In this document: in pieces, positions 1-11,423 of the stretch
Layout: the number at the start of each line of letters is the position of its first letter
Numbering within the stretch: the stretch's first letter is position 1
Source: an uncultured Methylomirabilota bacterium
GTDB taxonomy: Bacteria > Methylomirabilota > Methylomirabilia > Methylomirabilales > 2-02-FULL-66-22
DNA length: 64,000 bases
Direction of reading: 5' to 3'
NCBI GenBank assembly: GCA_963705305.1
Contig: OY970067.1
Span: 1,088,001-1,152,000 of the forward strand
Notes under the pieces: generated by a model
Databases searched by the model: none
What the model saw: only the letters and a program-made list of their open reading frames with translations
What the model was told of the DNA's origin: nothing
Made by a program: the position numbers and the translations under genes

Positions 1-73
1 ATCTCGAGCCGCCCTCCAAACCACAGGCCCTTGTCCCGGGCCCCACCCGCCGTCGGCCGGCTCGCATGTGCGC

Positions 74-1039
74 TCACGGCCAGAGGTCGGTGCTCAGATA
101 CTTGAGTCCGGAGTCACAAATGATCACGACGACGGTCTTGCCCCCGAAGTCGCGACGGAGCAGCTGCATGGCGGCCGCCACGTTCGCCCCCGAGGAGAAG
201 CCGGCAAAGATCCCCTCTTCCCGGGCCAGCCGACGGGCCATCTCGATGGCTGTCCAGTCCGAGACCTTCAGGCATCCGTCGATGTGGTTGCGATTGATCA
301 ACGGCAGCTCCGGCATGGAATAGCCCCCGCCCTGGATGCGATGGCCGGGCTGGGTGGCCCGCTCGCCTGCCAGGACGGCCGCCCCCTCCGGCTCGACCAC
401 GAAGCAGCGGATGGAGGGGTCGTGCTCCTTGAACGCCGCCGCACACCCGGCGAAGGTTCCCCCTGTCCCGACGAAATCGCAGAAGGCGTGCAGCTCCCCC
501 CGGGTCTGGTGCAGGATCTCGGGGCCCGTGTGCAGGCAATGGGCGCGGACGTTCCCCTGCAGCCGGAATTGATCGGCCCGGAAGGCCCGGCGCGCCGCCG
601 CGATCCGCTGGGTCTCCGCCTCGACCAGCTGCAGATCCTCGCCGGAGACCTCCCCGTCCTTCGATCCCGGCGCCTGATCCACCAGCACGACCTCGGCCCC
701 CAGCGCGGCCATCATGCGGGCCCGCTCCCGCGAGTTGCCGCGGGACATCACGGCAACGAAGGGATGGCCCGTGATCCCGCACACGATGGCCAGGCCCGTC
801 CCGGTGTTGCCGCTGGTCAGCTCCACCACGGTCTGGCCCGGTCGCAGTCGTCCCTCTCCCTCCGCGTCCTGGATGATCTGGCGCGCAATCCGGTCCTTTT
901 TGGAGAACCCGGGATTGAGGTGCTCCAGCTTGGCCAGGATCCTGCCATCCAACCCCCGTGTCAACCGCGACAGGTCGACCAGGGGGGTCTCGCCGATGGC
1001 CTCGATCGCCGAGGAGAGAACGTCGTCACTCCTGCTCAT
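74..1039 (-). CDS. Cysteine synthase family PLP-dependent enzyme
   Basis: AIGETPLV, KLEHLNPGFSKKDR (PLP lysine), ELTSGNTG, GTGGT, IICDSGLKYLST motifs. Confidence 0.9.
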   Translation of the reverse strand: MSRSDDVLSSAIEAIGETPLVDLSRLTRGLDGRILAKLEHLNPGFSKKDRIARQIIQDAEGEGRLRPGQTVVELTSGNTGTGLAIVCGITGHPFVAVMSRGNSRERARMMAALGAEVVLVDQAPGSKDGEVSGEDLQLVEAETQRIAAARRAFRADQFRLQGNVRAHCLHTGPEILHQTRGELHAFCDFVGTGGTFAGCAAAFKEHDPSIRCFVVEPEGAAVLAGERATQPGHRIQGGGYSMPELPLINRNHIDGCLKVSDWTAIEMARRLAREEGIFAGFSSGANVAAAMQLLRRDFGGKTVVVIICDSGLKYLSTDLWP

Positions 1040-1111
1040 CTGGGTATGCTCCGCGCCGGCTTTCCTCCCAGCGACAGCTCGCGGTCGACCGGCAGCCTGT
1101 CGCCGGCCCCC

Positions 1112-2054
1112 TCAGACACAGCCGTCCGGCCCCGCTCCGCACACCAGGGCGCAGACCGTGTGGCCCGGCCGCGGGCGCACCTTCCCGCTGCACAGCGCGG
1201 CGACGGCGGCGGCCCCGCTGAGAATCGGCGGCCAGGCCCAGCTCGAACCAGAGCCAGTGGGCGGCCTCCCGCATGTCCTCGTCGCTGACGAGAACGATCT
1301 CGTCCACGTACCGCCGAACCATCTCCAGGTTGATGGGCTCGGTCTTGAGCGCCGCCAGGGTCGGGACGGCTGTCGTGATCCCCGGCAGCTCCACCACCCG
1401 TCCGGCTCGCACGCTCTCGTACAGGGTGGGGGCCCCCGTCGGCTCCACGCCGATGATGCGAATCGCCGGCCGCAGGCTCTTGGCCGTCAGGGCGACTCCG
1501 CTGATCAGACCGCCGCCCCCGATGGCCACCACCATCTCGTCCACATCGGGAGCCTGCTCGAGCAGCTCCAGCGCCGTCGTCCCCTGGCCGGCGATCACGG
1601 CGGGATCGGCAAACGGATGAATATAGGTGAGGCCGTCGCGCGCCGCCGCGACCAGGGCGGCCTGGTTCGCCTCGTGCCAGTGATGGCCCGTCACCACCAC
1701 GGTCGCCCCCCAGGCCTCCAGCTTTTTCGCCTTCTCCGGAGAGATGTTCTCGGGAACGTAGACCAGGGTGGCGGTCTTGCCCAGCCAGCCGGCGTAGGCG
1801 GTGGCCAGCCCATGGTTTCCCCCCGAGGCCGTGATGATCCCGCGCCGGATCTCGGCCTCGGAGAGACTGAGGAGCTTGTTGGCCGCCCCGCGCGCCTTGA
1901 ACGAGCCGGTCACCTGGAGGAGCTCCAGCTTCAGCAGCAGCTTCGCATCGGGCAACCGGTCGTCCTTGAGGCAGCAGGCCGCCAGGAGCGGCGTGCGCCT
2001 GACGTAGGGGGCGATGCGCGCAGCCGCGTGCCGCACATCATCGACGGTGATCAT
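1112..2054 (-). CDS. Threonine/serine dehydratase (IlvA/TdcB-like), apparent +1 frameshift near 1223
   Basis: KLELLQVTGSFKARGA, ASGGNHG, HPFADPAVIAGQGT, IGGGGL; removing one T at GCCGATTCTC restores the C-terminus LSGAAAVAAL...VCALVCGAG ending at TGA 1112. Confidence 0.8.
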
Positions 2055-2133
2055 CCAAGTCTCCAGTGGCAGATTGTTGCGGTCTGCCGGTGGGCATCCG
2101 CCGCTGCGCCGTGATCGCCGACCTGCCGTGCGC

Positions 2134-3800
2134 CTAGGCCTGTCCCGGCGTCCACGGCTCGGGCGCGGCGCAGCGTCCATCGGTGATCACCTCGACGACC
2201 GACGGAACGTCGGCGGCCAGCGCCTGTCGCATCGCGGGGCGATCCCGTCGGGCCGCTCGATCCGGATGCCGAGACAGCCCATCTCGCGGGCCAGGCCGGC
2301 AAAACTCACCTCTCCGAAACGGTACATCTCGTCGGGGCTGCCCGGCCGGTTCGCGTAGAGCTTCCTGATCGTGGCCGCGCATTGGCCAAGGGCGAAGTTG
2401 TTGTTGACCACCGTCACGACCCGGATGCCGCAGCGCCTCGCGGTTTCCAGCTCGGCCAGGTGGTACCAGAACCCCCCGTCCCCGGTGAAGCAGACCACCG
2501 GCCGGTCCGGGGCGGCGCATTTGGCCCCCAGGGCCCCCGGGAAGCCCCAGCCCAGCGAGCCAGCGCAGCGGAGGTACCGTTGCCGCGGGTGGGCCAGGGA
2601 GATCAGCGTGCCCGACCAGATGGCGGAGTATCCGGTGTCGGCCACCAGGATCGCATCGGGCGGGAGGCAGTCGGTGATCTCCCGGCAGAGCCGCTCGGGT
2701 CGGATCGGGACCACGTCGGACGCCCGGAGGGAGGCGACCTCCGCCCGCCAGTCGGCCACGAATTGCTGCACGCGCGCCGTCCAGTCTGAGGCCGGACGCG
2801 CAGGGACCGTCTGGAGCAGCATCTGCACCGCCGCCCGGGCATCGCCGCTGAGGCCCACGACATTCGGGTAGCTCCGCCCCAGCTCGGCGGGGTCGATATT
2901 GATCTGGATCGTCGGCGTCCCCGGGCAAGGCACGCTCCAGCCGTTGGTCACCATCTCCCCCGTGCTGCTCCCGACGTAGCAGACCAGGTCCGCCTCCGCG
3001 ACGGCCCGGTTTGCGCACCAGCGGGAGTACCGTCCGACCAGGCCCGCGTTCAGCGGATGGGATTCGAGCAGGGATTCCTTGCCGTTCAGCGAGAAAGCCA
3101 CCGGGATCTGGAGGCGCTCGGCCAGGGCGACCACGTCCGGGCCGGCCGAGGAGGCCGTCACGCCCCCGCCCGCCACGATGACGGGACGCTCGGCGTGGAG
3201 CAGAACGCGAGCCGCCTCGCGGACCGCCGCCGGCTCCGGAGCGGGCCGATGGGGCGGAATCCTCGAGTGGACGGGCTCCGGCTGCACCGCCAGATCCGCC
3301 TCGGCACCCTCGATGGCCTGGCCCTGATAGCCCAGGAGGTCGAGGTGGACGGGGCCCGGCATCCCGGTGGTCGCGTCGCGGAACGCCTGCCGGAGGAGGC
3401 GGGGAAGCTCTTCGAGCGCGGTCACTTCCACGCTGGACTTGGTCACGGCGGAGAAAAGCGGGGCGTGGGGCACCTCTTGGTAGGCGTGGCGGTACTGGGC
3501 CGGGAGGGCGGCACGCCCGGTGATGGCGACGACGGGGGCGCAGCCGAGAAACGGCTCCTGCAGGCCGGAGGCCAGGTTAGCGGCTCCGACCGCCTGGGCC
3601 ATGCAGAGGCCGGGCTTCCTGCCGGCCCGGGCATACCCGTCGGCCATGTAGGCGGCCGCCTTCTCCGAATGGGTCAGGACCCGGCGGATGCCCAGGGCCT
3701 CCATCTCCATGAGGGTATGCCGCAGGATTGCTTCCATGAAGAAGACGTGGGTGATCCCGTAGCTCTGCACCGTCCTCGCGATGAACTCGGCTCCGGTCAT
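2134..3800 (-). CDS. TPP-binding enzyme (acetolactate synthase large subunit-like), apparent -1 frameshift near 2237
   Basis: HSEKAAAYMADGYAR, PGPVHL, GSLGWGFPGALG, GDGG...NN TPP motif; the natural C-terminus AMRQALAADVPSVVEV is in the frame ending at 2134. Confidence 0.85.
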
Positions 3801-3873
3801 GCGCCTGCTCCCCGTTTCCTGCCCTGTGAATCGAGTGCCCGCCGCCGCGCACGCGCCGCTTCACTGGCCGCCG

Positions 3874-4656
3874 CTACTCCAGGAGGATGCCCCCGCTCAC
3901 ATCGATGGTCACGCCGGTCACGTACCTGGACAGCGACGACGCCAGGAAAAGAATGACGGCGGCCTGATCTTCGGGCAGGGCCAGCCTGCGCAGCGGAATC
4001 CGTCCCAGCAGGACCTCTCGCCGCTCGGGGGTGAGCTGGCGCTCGATCCGCTCGGTGAGGGTGACGCCCGGCGCAATCGCGTTCACGCGGATGCCGAGGG
4101 GGCCCAGCTCGCGCGCCAGGTGCCGGGTGAGCCCGATCACCGCGGCCTTCGAAGCGGTGTAGTGCGCTCCCTGCAGGACGCTGCTGGTCTGTCCGGCGAT
4201 CGAGGCCACGTTGATGATGCACCCGCCCCCGGTCCTCATCATGTGGCGGGCAGCCTCCCGGGAGCAGAGAAAGCTGCTGCGGGCGTTCAAGGCGAGCATC
4301 CGATCCCACGCGCCCGCGGTGATCTCCTGAATCGTCGCAGGCTGCCCGCCTCCCACCGCGTTCACCAGAATGTCGATCCGGCCACAGCGTGCCACCACAT
4401 CCTCGCACAGGGCGGCCACCGCCGCTTCGGAGCACACATCGGCCGTCAGGGCATCCGCACGCCGGCCATGTTCCACGATCTCCTTCCGCACGGACTCGGC
4501 TGCTTCGCCGTCGATGTCCACCGCGACAATGTCGGCCCCCCAGCGGGCCAGCAGGATGGCGGTCGATCGCGCGATGCCGCGTCCGGCCCCGGTGACCACT
4601 GCCACCTTCCCGCCGATCCCGAGATCGGGCGCCAAGATGTCCCCGGCCCGGTTCAC
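3874..4656 (-). CDS. SDR family oxidoreductase (FabG-like)
   Basis: TGAGRGIA, YTASK, VNAIAPG. Confidence 0.9.
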   Translation of the reverse strand: MNRAGDILAPDLGIGGKVAVVTGAGRGIARSTAILLARWGADIVAVDIDGEAAESVRKEIVEHGRRADALTADVCSEAAVAALCEDVVARCGRIDILVNAVGGGQPATIQEITAGAWDRMLALNARSSFLCSREAARHMMRTGGGCIINVASIAGQTSSVLQGAHYTASKAAVIGLTRHLARELGPLGIRVNAIAPGVTLTERIERQLTPERREVLLGRIPLRRLALPEDQAAVILFLASSLSRYVTGVTIDVSGGILLE

Positions 4657-4874
4657 CAGACATTCCCCCTGCGGGTTGCGCTGCCCATGCGGCGAAACAG
4701 ATATGGCGCCTCGCCTCTCAAGTCAAGCGGAACTGACCCGGCGCCGCTCGACGGCCAGAGCGCGCGTTCCAGGCACCGCTCGGGTCGCAACGAAGGCCCC
4801 CTCGCCTCAGCGCGTCCAGGCTGTATCCATCCGGAGGCGCTTCTGAGGCAAAGCCGTTGTCTGTGGGCCTCCGC

Positions 4875-6215
4875 TCACACCTTGAGGCCGAAGAGCGTCG
4901 CCGCATTGTCCCGCAGCAGCAGCCCGGCCAGGGCCGGGACCTCATCCTCCACGAGCCAGCCGTCCCTCACCTTCTCCGTCAAGACCCGGCCGACCACCTG
5001 ACGCGCCAGGACGCTGTGGCCGTAGGCCCCCTCGGGGATGATGAAATCGCCCCCGAAAGCAAAGATCTTGCTGGCGGGCACGGTCTCGATCGCTTCGTGG
5101 AGGAGCCGGGCTGCGGCCGTGGGTGAGACGATATACAGCCAGCACAGGTCCAGGTAGACGTTGGGGAAATTCTTTGCCAGGGCCAGCAGTTCGCCGGTGT
5201 AAGGATAGCCGCCATGGAAAATGTCGAACCTGGCCTCCGGGTATTCGATAAACAGGTTCAGGAGGTGGGTCGGGTTCGAATTGGTGACGAGGTTCCCGTT
5301 CCCCTCTTGGAGGCCGGTATGGATCTGAATGGGCAGTCCGCGGTCGAGGGCCGCCCGGATGATCTGATGGAACAGGTAATCCTGCAGGGGCCGGGCCTCC
5401 TCCCAAGACGGCCCCTCACCCAGGTGGCTGAAGATGCGGTCGAACACCCGCTCAGCATCTCCGCGGGGGACCCGCTCGAACCGGAGGGTGCGGCGGTAGG
5501 CGATGCCGATCTTGACGCCTACCGCCCCTTCCTCCACGTACCGGTCAAGGGCGGCGTGCATCGCCCGCTCGAGATCGTTCAGTGAATGGATGGCGGCATG
5601 CGTGTCCGCCTCGATCGCGTGCAGGTCCTGCCTGGTTGTCGCGCACGCAAAGTGTTCGAGACGCACCACCGGGACGAAGAACTGCTTGTCCACGGCGGTC
5701 CGGTAGTCGTCCTGGATACTCACCGCGATTCGGGCTTTCTCCTTCAGGACATGCCGGTACCACCCTGTGCGGCGAGAGTCGGCGATGGCCTCGGAGAGGG
5801 TGCGGTAGGTTTGCCGGTTCAGGTCCGGAATGCCGAAGAGGTCTCGCATGGCGATGCGCAGGCAGGCCCCGTAGCCGGTGTGGCGGATCCGCTCCCAGTA
5901 AGGCTCCAGGGCGTCCCAGCGCTGGTCGAGCGAAAGGTTCGGGTCAGACGGGGAGGCAAGTGGCGGCGGCTTTCGGATCCAGCCGATGCGGGTCAGGCGC
6001 TCGGCCAGCACCGGGCGCGCGGTCCAGCGCACGGCCTCCAAGAGGGCAGCCGGCATTCCTGCGGAGACCAAATCGCTGGAGGCGTAGTGGGGGAAGAGGT
6101 AGCCGAAGTCGTGGGCCGCGCGATGCCGCTCCTCCTCCGCAAGCAGGTGCTCGTGAGTGTCCACGAGCGCGATGGCTTCGACGGTCTGGGCGATCCGATC
6201 GGCGAGTGTGGACAC
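4875..6215 (-). CDS. Amidohydrolase family protein
   Basis: DTHEH, QIHTG, FHGGYPY, AFGGD metal-binding motifs; AGGAGG upstream of the GTG start. Confidence 0.85.
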   Translation of the reverse strand: MSTLADRIAQTVEAIALVDTHEHLLAEEERHRAAHDFGYLFPHYASSDLVSAGMPAALLEAVRWTARPVLAERLTRIGWIRKPPPLASPSDPNLSLDQRWDALEPYWERIRHTGYGACLRIAMRDLFGIPDLNRQTYRTLSEAIADSRRTGWYRHVLKEKARIAVSIQDDYRTAVDKQFFVPVVRLEHFACATTRQDLHAIEADTHAAIHSLNDLERAMHAALDRYVEEGAVGVKIGIAYRRTLRFERVPRGDAERVFDRIFSHLGEGPSWEEARPLQDYLFHQIIRAALDRGLPIQIHTGLQEGNGNLVTNSNPTHLLNLFIEYPEARFDIFHGGYPYTGELLALAKNFPNVYLDLCWLYIVSPTAAARLLHEAIETVPASKIFAFGGDFIIPEGAYGHSVLARQVVGRVLTEKVRDGWLVEDEVPALAGLLLRDNAATLFGLKV

Positions 6216-6459
6216 GAGGCCGTACCTCCTGGCTGTGTGTTTCCAGGGAGGTCTACCACGAAAATGGAAAAAACGCTACCCGCAGTCGGACCCCTTCAAC
6301 CTTTGGCGGACACGCATGCGGATATCGACCGATTCGGAGGTCCGCCGGATGGGTCTCCACCGCACCGCATGGCCTCGAGAAGCGGCTGGGTGCGTCGATG
6401 TCCGGGCGGGAGGATTTGCCGGAATTCGCCCTTGAAGCTACCACATCGTCTGGGATACA

Positions 6460-6584
6460 TATTTTGCCCTCATCCTGATCGTGGGCATCTACCGCGAGGT
6501 CGGCATCTCCGACCTGCCGGAGATCCTCTACGAATGCCGCCTGATCAATCGGGTTCAGCCCCTCTCGCCTGTGGGGTGGGGATG
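6460..6584 (+). pseudogene. Short remnant resembling a TRAP transporter large permease (DctM) segment
   Basis: Reads YFALILIVGIYREVGISDLPEILYEC..., similar to the DctM 'YREL...DLP.IL.E' segment; no start codon or rest of gene. Confidence 0.35.
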
Positions 6585-6696
6585 AAGTCGTCGCGGGGGA
6601 GTCGTTTCCGGCTCGTCGGGGCGGCACGGGGAGGGAAAGGTCAGGAAGCGAGGCAGCGGGCGTATGGCGCCTCTGGGGGGAGCGGTTGGCGGCCTC

Positions 6697-8223
6697 TCAG
6701 CGCACCCGGTACGACCTCTGGTATCCCGTGGTCAAGTCGCTGATGGTGACGGTGATAATGCCTGCGGCATCACACTCGTAGCGCTCCTCGACGTCGTGGG
6801 ACTGGACGGCGGGACTGTGCTGGACGGGGACCTGGTCCAGGCGCCGCCTCTCCACGAGCTGGGGGTCGAAGGCGAACAGCGCCTCGTTCCAGAGGACGAT
6901 GTCCCCCGCCGGCTCGGCCTGCTCTTGCAGTCCGCTGCACTCCAGGAAGCGGAAGCAGCCGATGTTGTGGACAGGCCGATAGCGACGGGAGGCGCAGAGC
7001 GGCGGCTCGCCCGGCCGCGGCAGGGTCGTTTGCTTGCTGAAGATGGGGTCGAAGGCGATCCGCTGCCCGGAATCCGCCTCGCGCCAGACCCCGAAGTGGC
7101 GAGTGAACCGTTCCGTCAGGACGTACCCGCTTTCCCCGTCGGCCGCGATCGCCAGCCCGATGGCGGTGGCTCCCGAGGGGTAGGGGGAGCGGCGAACCCG
7201 TTTCCCGAATCGCTCTCGCAGGGAGCGCGCAAGGATGGGCAGCTCGCACGATCCCCCCACCAGGTATACCGCCGCCAGCCCGGGAACATCCGCGGCGGCG
7301 CTGCCCAGCGCCCCCACCATCGCCGTTTCAGTGGCCTGGATGGTCCGGTAAATCAGGGGGGCGCACCGGGTGTAGAACTCGGCGACCGGCACCATCACCC
7401 CCGCCGCCTCCGGCTGGACCTGCCCGAAATCCACCGTCAGCCTGCGGCTGTTGGGGCTGAGGCTCTCCTTGGCCTCCCGGCACAGGCTCAACAGCCGGGC
7501 CCGCGGCACGGCCCGAGGCGGCTCCGCCAGCGCGGGATCGGATAGGGCCAGCTCGAGGAGGAGCTCGTCGAAGTCGTCTCCCCCCAATCGGGCGATTCCC
7601 TCGCTTGCAATCACGTCGTGCCGGGTGCCGGCCATGTGGATGACGGCCACATCGAACGTTCCGCCGCCGAGATCGTAGACGACCAGGTGCTCTCGCCGCC
7701 GGCTCAGGCCGACCTTGCGGTACCGGTGGGCGTACTCGATGCCCGCCGCCGAAGGCTCGTTGAGCATCCCGATCAGGTCGAACCCGGCCCGCCGGAACGC
7801 CTCCAGCGTGAGGAATCGCTGGTTGCTGTTGGCGTTGGCCGGGATGCCCAGCATGACTTCCAGCCGCTCCCGGGAAGCCACCTCCAGGTTGCTGCGCCTA
7901 GTCAGGTCGCGGCGGAGGGCCGCCGCGAAGCGCGTCATCCACTCCAGAGCGGAGAGCTCCGCGCCACCCACCTTCCACACGGCGGAGGGGCCGGTGTCCC
8001 CGAGCAGGCGCTTGAACGAGGAAAGCAGCTCCCAGCCCGGTTCCCACTGCAGGGCCTGGGCGCGCAGGCCGAACGCCATCTCCCCCCCGCGGGCGGCAAT
8101 CAGGGAGGGATACCACTCCGCCGCATCCCCCTGCTCCGCGTGGAAGCTGACCAGGGGAAAATTGCCCTTGAGGACGGCCGCCACCCGCGTGCGGGTGGTC
8201 CCGAAGTCAATTCCTAATCGCAT
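6697..8223 (-). CDS. Hsp70-family protein (atypical, not DnaK)
   Basis: GIDFGTT, LNEPSAA, VYDLGGGTFD, LGGDDFD, YLVGGS; short divergent C-terminus. Confidence 0.85.
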   Translation of the reverse strand: MRLGIDFGTTRTRVAAVLKGNFPLVSFHAEQGDAAEWYPSLIAARGGEMAFGLRAQALQWEPGWELLSSFKRLLGDTGPSAVWKVGGAELSALEWMTRFAAALRRDLTRRSNLEVASRERLEVMLGIPANANSNQRFLTLEAFRRAGFDLIGMLNEPSAAGIEYAHRYRKVGLSRRREHLVVYDLGGGTFDVAVIHMAGTRHDVIASEGIARLGGDDFDELLLELALSDPALAEPPRAVPRARLLSLCREAKESLSPNSRRLTVDFGQVQPEAAGVMVPVAEFYTRCAPLIYRTIQATETAMVGALGSAAADVPGLAAVYLVGGSCELPILARSLRERFGKRVRRSPYPSGATAIGLAIAADGESGYVLTERFTRHFGVWREADSGQRIAFDPIFSKQTTLPRPGEPPLCASRRYRPVHNIGCFRFLECSGLQEQAEPAGDIVLWNEALFAFDPQLVERRRLDQVPVQHSPAVQSHDVEERYECDAAGIITVTISDLTTGYQRSYRVR

Positions 8224-8362
8224 CCCACCTCACCCATCGGGCCGTCTCCGAGCGTCGGCGAGGGCTGGCACGGGAGAGCGTTCGTCTGACAGCGGCCCAC
8301 CGGCAAGATACCACGATGCGCCTCCGCCGGGTAGCCTTTCCGGAGAAAGGAGGGCCCGCGCA

Positions 8363-8392
8363 TTGACCGGCGGGAACAGATCGCGCTATAAG
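8363..8392 (+). promoter_or_regulatory. Putative sigma70 promoter
   Basis: TTGACC-N18-TATAAG upstream of the flavodoxin-family gene. Confidence 0.45.
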
Positions 8393-8459
8393 GCAGTGTC
8401 GGGCATCCGGATCCGCTATCCGATGGGGAATGCGTCTTCAGCAGAAGAAAGGAGCCAGC

Positions 8460-9035
8460 ATGTATGTGGTAGCGTTCAACGGGAGTGCGCGCCTGGACGG
8501 GAATACTGCAGTCCTGCTCCGGACCGCCCTGGCGGAGCTGGAGCGGGAGGGCATTCGGACGGAGCTGATCCAGCTTGCCGGCCTCCAGCTGCAGGGCTGC
8601 ACCGCCTGCGGCACCTGCCGGGACAGGCAGGACCGGCACTGCGTCCTGGAGGGCGACAGCGTCAACGAGTACATCCAGAAGATGCTCGCCGCCGACGGGG
8701 TCGTGCTGGGCTCGCCGACCTACTTCGCGGACATCACCGCCAACATGAAGGCGCTCATGGAGCGCGCCGGCATGGTCGTCCGAGTCAACGGCGACCTCTT
8801 GCAGCGAAAGGTCGGCGCCGGCGTGGTCGCCGTTCGCCGGGGAGGGGGCATTCACGCATTCGACACCCTCAATCACTTCTTCACCATCGGGCAGATGATC
8901 GTCGTCGGCTCCAGCTATTGGAACCTGGGCATCGGCCGCGATATCGGGGCGGCGCAGCAGGATACGGAGGGCCTCCAGACGATGCGCACACTGGGCCGGA
9001 ATATGGCCTGGCTGATCAAGAAGCTGAAGGGGTGA
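8460..9035 (+). CDS. Flavodoxin family / iron-sulfur flavoprotein
   Basis: NGSARLDGNT, CxxCxxC-x7-C, GSPTYF; AAGGAG RBS. Confidence 0.9.
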   Translation: MYVVAFNGSARLDGNTAVLLRTALAELEREGIRTELIQLAGLQLQGCTACGTCRDRQDRHCVLEGDSVNEYIQKMLAADGVVLGSPTYFADITANMKALMERAGMVVRVNGDLLQRKVGAGVVAVRRGGGIHAFDTLNHFFTIGQMIVVGSSYWNLGIGRDIGAAQQDTEGLQTMRTLGRNMAWLIKKLKG

Positions 9036-9158
9036 GGGCGCCCGAGCCGCAACAACCGCCAGCGGCTGGACGCCAATCGGGGAACAGGTCGGGGCCTGCG
9101 GCTCGGCCCTCAGCAGCCAGCCGGGGCTTCGTGTACGGAAGCTGCCTGCGGCAGGTCC

Positions 9159-9581
9159 TCAGGGCGACGGGGTAAGAGGGAGTCCCCCCTGCATCCATCC
9201 CGTGATGCCCTGCGACATATGGTAGATGGACGTGAAGCCCAGGCGCCGCATGATCTGGACAGCCCTGGTGGATCGGCCTCCCGTCCGGCAGTAGACCAGA
9301 TAGGTTTTTCCCCGGCTGAAGGCGGCGATCCGGGGTTCAAAATCCGGCGCCAAGAGGTTCACGTTCACGGCGCCGGCCAGGTGGCCCTCTGCGAACTCTT
9401 GTGGCGTCCGGACATCCAGGACGACGAACTCCGCTTTTCCGGTGTTTTTCTGGATGAGTTTCTGGGCCTGCGCCACCGTCACGTCCTGGACCCCAGGGCC
9501 GGCCAGAACCGGTGCCACCGCCCCCAGGATCAGCGCCATCACCGCCGTCCATACGCTGGCTCTGCCCTTTCGCACGCGCAT
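9159..9581 (-). CDS. Exported rhodanese-like domain protein
   Basis: Signal-peptide-like N-terminus, LDVRTPQEFAEGHL, YCRTGGRS. Confidence 0.85.
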   Translation of the reverse strand: MRVRKGRASVWTAVMALILGAVAPVLAGPGVQDVTVAQAQKLIQKNTGKAEFVVLDVRTPQEFAEGHLAGAVNVNLLAPDFEPRIAAFSRGKTYLVYCRTGGRSTRAVQIMRRLGFTSIYHMSQGITGWMQGGLPLTPSP

Positions 9582-9871
9582 CCGTTCTTTCCTCCCGATC
9601 AGCCCACTCATACACGGACGTCCGGCGCAGGCCCCTCTTTGACGGAACCGGAGAGCCTGACGCCGCGGCGAGCCGTCTTTCGACTCGGCCCCCATTTCCG
9701 GCCAGGATTCCCTCCCGGACCGGGGCCCGCCGATCAGCGACAGATCTTACCCCCCACCACGAGTAGCCGTCAATGTCAAGACCGCCAGGCCGGATGTCTT
9801 CGTCGGATGACGTTGGGGGAGCGGAACGGCCCCCCGGCATGTTCTGGCATCGATCCATGCGGCGAAACCGA

Positions 9872-9900
9872 TTGACGTCGATGGACGAGACCGGTAGGCT
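9872..9900 (+). promoter_or_regulatory. Putative sigma70 promoter for gdh
   Basis: TTGACG-N17-TAGGCT. Confidence 0.45.
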
Positions 9901-10049
9901 CATGCTGTCGATTTTCTCCGAAAACCGGCTGGCTCGTCCTTCCGTCACTCCGGGGGCAGCGGGCATACAGCTCCCGTGGATGCCTGCGGAGGGGTGATCA
10001 CGGTGGGGTGGGAAGGGCGACCGCGTCATTCGCGAGAGGGAGGAATCCC

Positions 10050-11297
10050 ATGACCGAGCTGAACCCATTCGCCATTGCCCAGAGACAGTTGGACACGGCC
10101 GCCGCGAAATTGGGACTGGATCCCGCGACGCACGAGTTCCTGCGGTGGCCCCAGAAGGAGCTCGTCGTCACGATCCCGGTGCAGATGGATGACGGGGTGG
10201 TCAAAGTCTTTCGGGGCTATCGCGTGCAGTACAACTGCGCCCGGGGCCCGAACAAGGGGGGGATCCGCTGGCATCCCGATGAGACCATCGATACGGTGCG
10301 GGCACTGGCCGCCTGGATGACCTGGAAGACCTCGGTCGTGGACATTCCCCTGGGCGGCGCCAAGGGGGGGGTCACCTGCAATCCGAAAGCGATGTCGGAG
10401 GGCGAGAAGCAGCGGCTGGCTCGCGGGTACATGCGGGCCGTCGCGGGAATTCTGTCTGTCGCCAAGGACGTGCCGGCGCCAGACGTCTACACCACCCCCC
10501 AGATCATGGCCTGGATGATGGACGAGTACGAGACACTCATGGGACACCACCACCCCGGCGTGATCACCGGAAAGCCGCTGCCCCTGGGGGGATCGGAGGG
10601 CCGCGGCGACGCCACGGCGCGGGGTGGGATCTACGTGACCCGCGAGACCGCCCGGGTGCTGGGCCTCGACCTGGCCGGAAAGACCATGGCCATCCAGGGG
10701 TTCGGGAATGCCGGGCAGTTCGCCGCGCTGCTGGGACACGAGCTGCTGGGCCTCAGGCTCCTGGCGGCCTCCGACTCCAAGGGGGGCATCTGGAACAAGA
10801 AGGGCCTCGACCCGCAGAAGGTGGTGGACTACAAGCTGCGGACGGGCAGCCTCCAGGGATTCCCGGAGGCCGACCCCATCAGCAACGAGGATCTCTTGGA
10901 GCTGGATGTCACCGTCCTCTTCCCGGCCGCCCTGGAGAACGTGATCACCGCCGCCAATGCCGACCGGATCCGCTGCAAGATCTCGTGCGAGCTGGCCAAC
11001 GGACCGACGACGCCGGAGGCGGATGACATCCTCTACGACAAGGGGATCTTCGTGCTCCCCGACTTCCTGGCCAACGCCGGCGGCGTCACGGTGTCCTATT
11101 TCGAGCAGGTGCAGAACACGTACAATTTCTACTGGCCGCTCGCCGAGGTCCACCAGCGGCTGGACGAGAAGATGACCCGCGCCTTCCACGGCGTCCACCA
11201 GATGCAGGTCCGGGAGAAGGTGAACATGCGACAGGCCGCCTATCTCGTGGCGGTGGCCCGGGTGGCGGAGGCCTGCAAGCTGCGCGGCTGGGTGTAG
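10050..11297 (+). CDS. gdhA: Glutamate dehydrogenase (Glu/Leu/Phe/Val dehydrogenase)
   Basis: [54 protein letters not shown]. Confidence 0.93.
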   Translation: MTELNPFAIAQRQLDTAAAKLGLDPATHEFLRWPQKELVVTIPVQMDDGVVKVFRGYRVQYNCARGPNKGGIRWHPDETIDTVRALAAWMTWKTSVVDIPLGGAKGGVTCNPKAMSEGEKQRLARGYMRAVAGILSVAKDVPAPDVYTTPQIMAWMMDEYETLMGHHHPGVITGKPLPLGGSEGRGDATARGGIYVTRETARVLGLDLAGKTMAIQGFGNAGQFAALLGHELLGLRLLAASDSKGGIWNKKGLDPQKVVDYKLRTGSLQGFPEADPISNEDLLELDVTVLFPAALENVITAANADRIRCKISCELANGPTTPEADDILYDKGIFVLPDFLANAGGVTVSYFEQVQNTYNFYWPLAEVHQRLDEKMTRAFHGVHQMQVREKVNMRQAAYLVAVARVAEACKLRGWV

Positions 11298-11423
11298 CGT
11301 CCTGGGTCGTCGGCCCGCCCCCCCCGGGGCGGGGCGGGCCGATAGATTCGTTTGCCCGGTGCGACCTGGGTCCGTTCGCGGTCCGGGCCGCCATTAGGAG
11401 TCTTGTTACTCCTCGAGGCCAGC

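Noticed and set aside
1112..3800. Calling the frameshifted genes true pseudogenes or programmed frameshifts
   Set aside because: Single indels in otherwise intact genes, no slippery heptamer seen; a sequencing artefact is more parsimonious.
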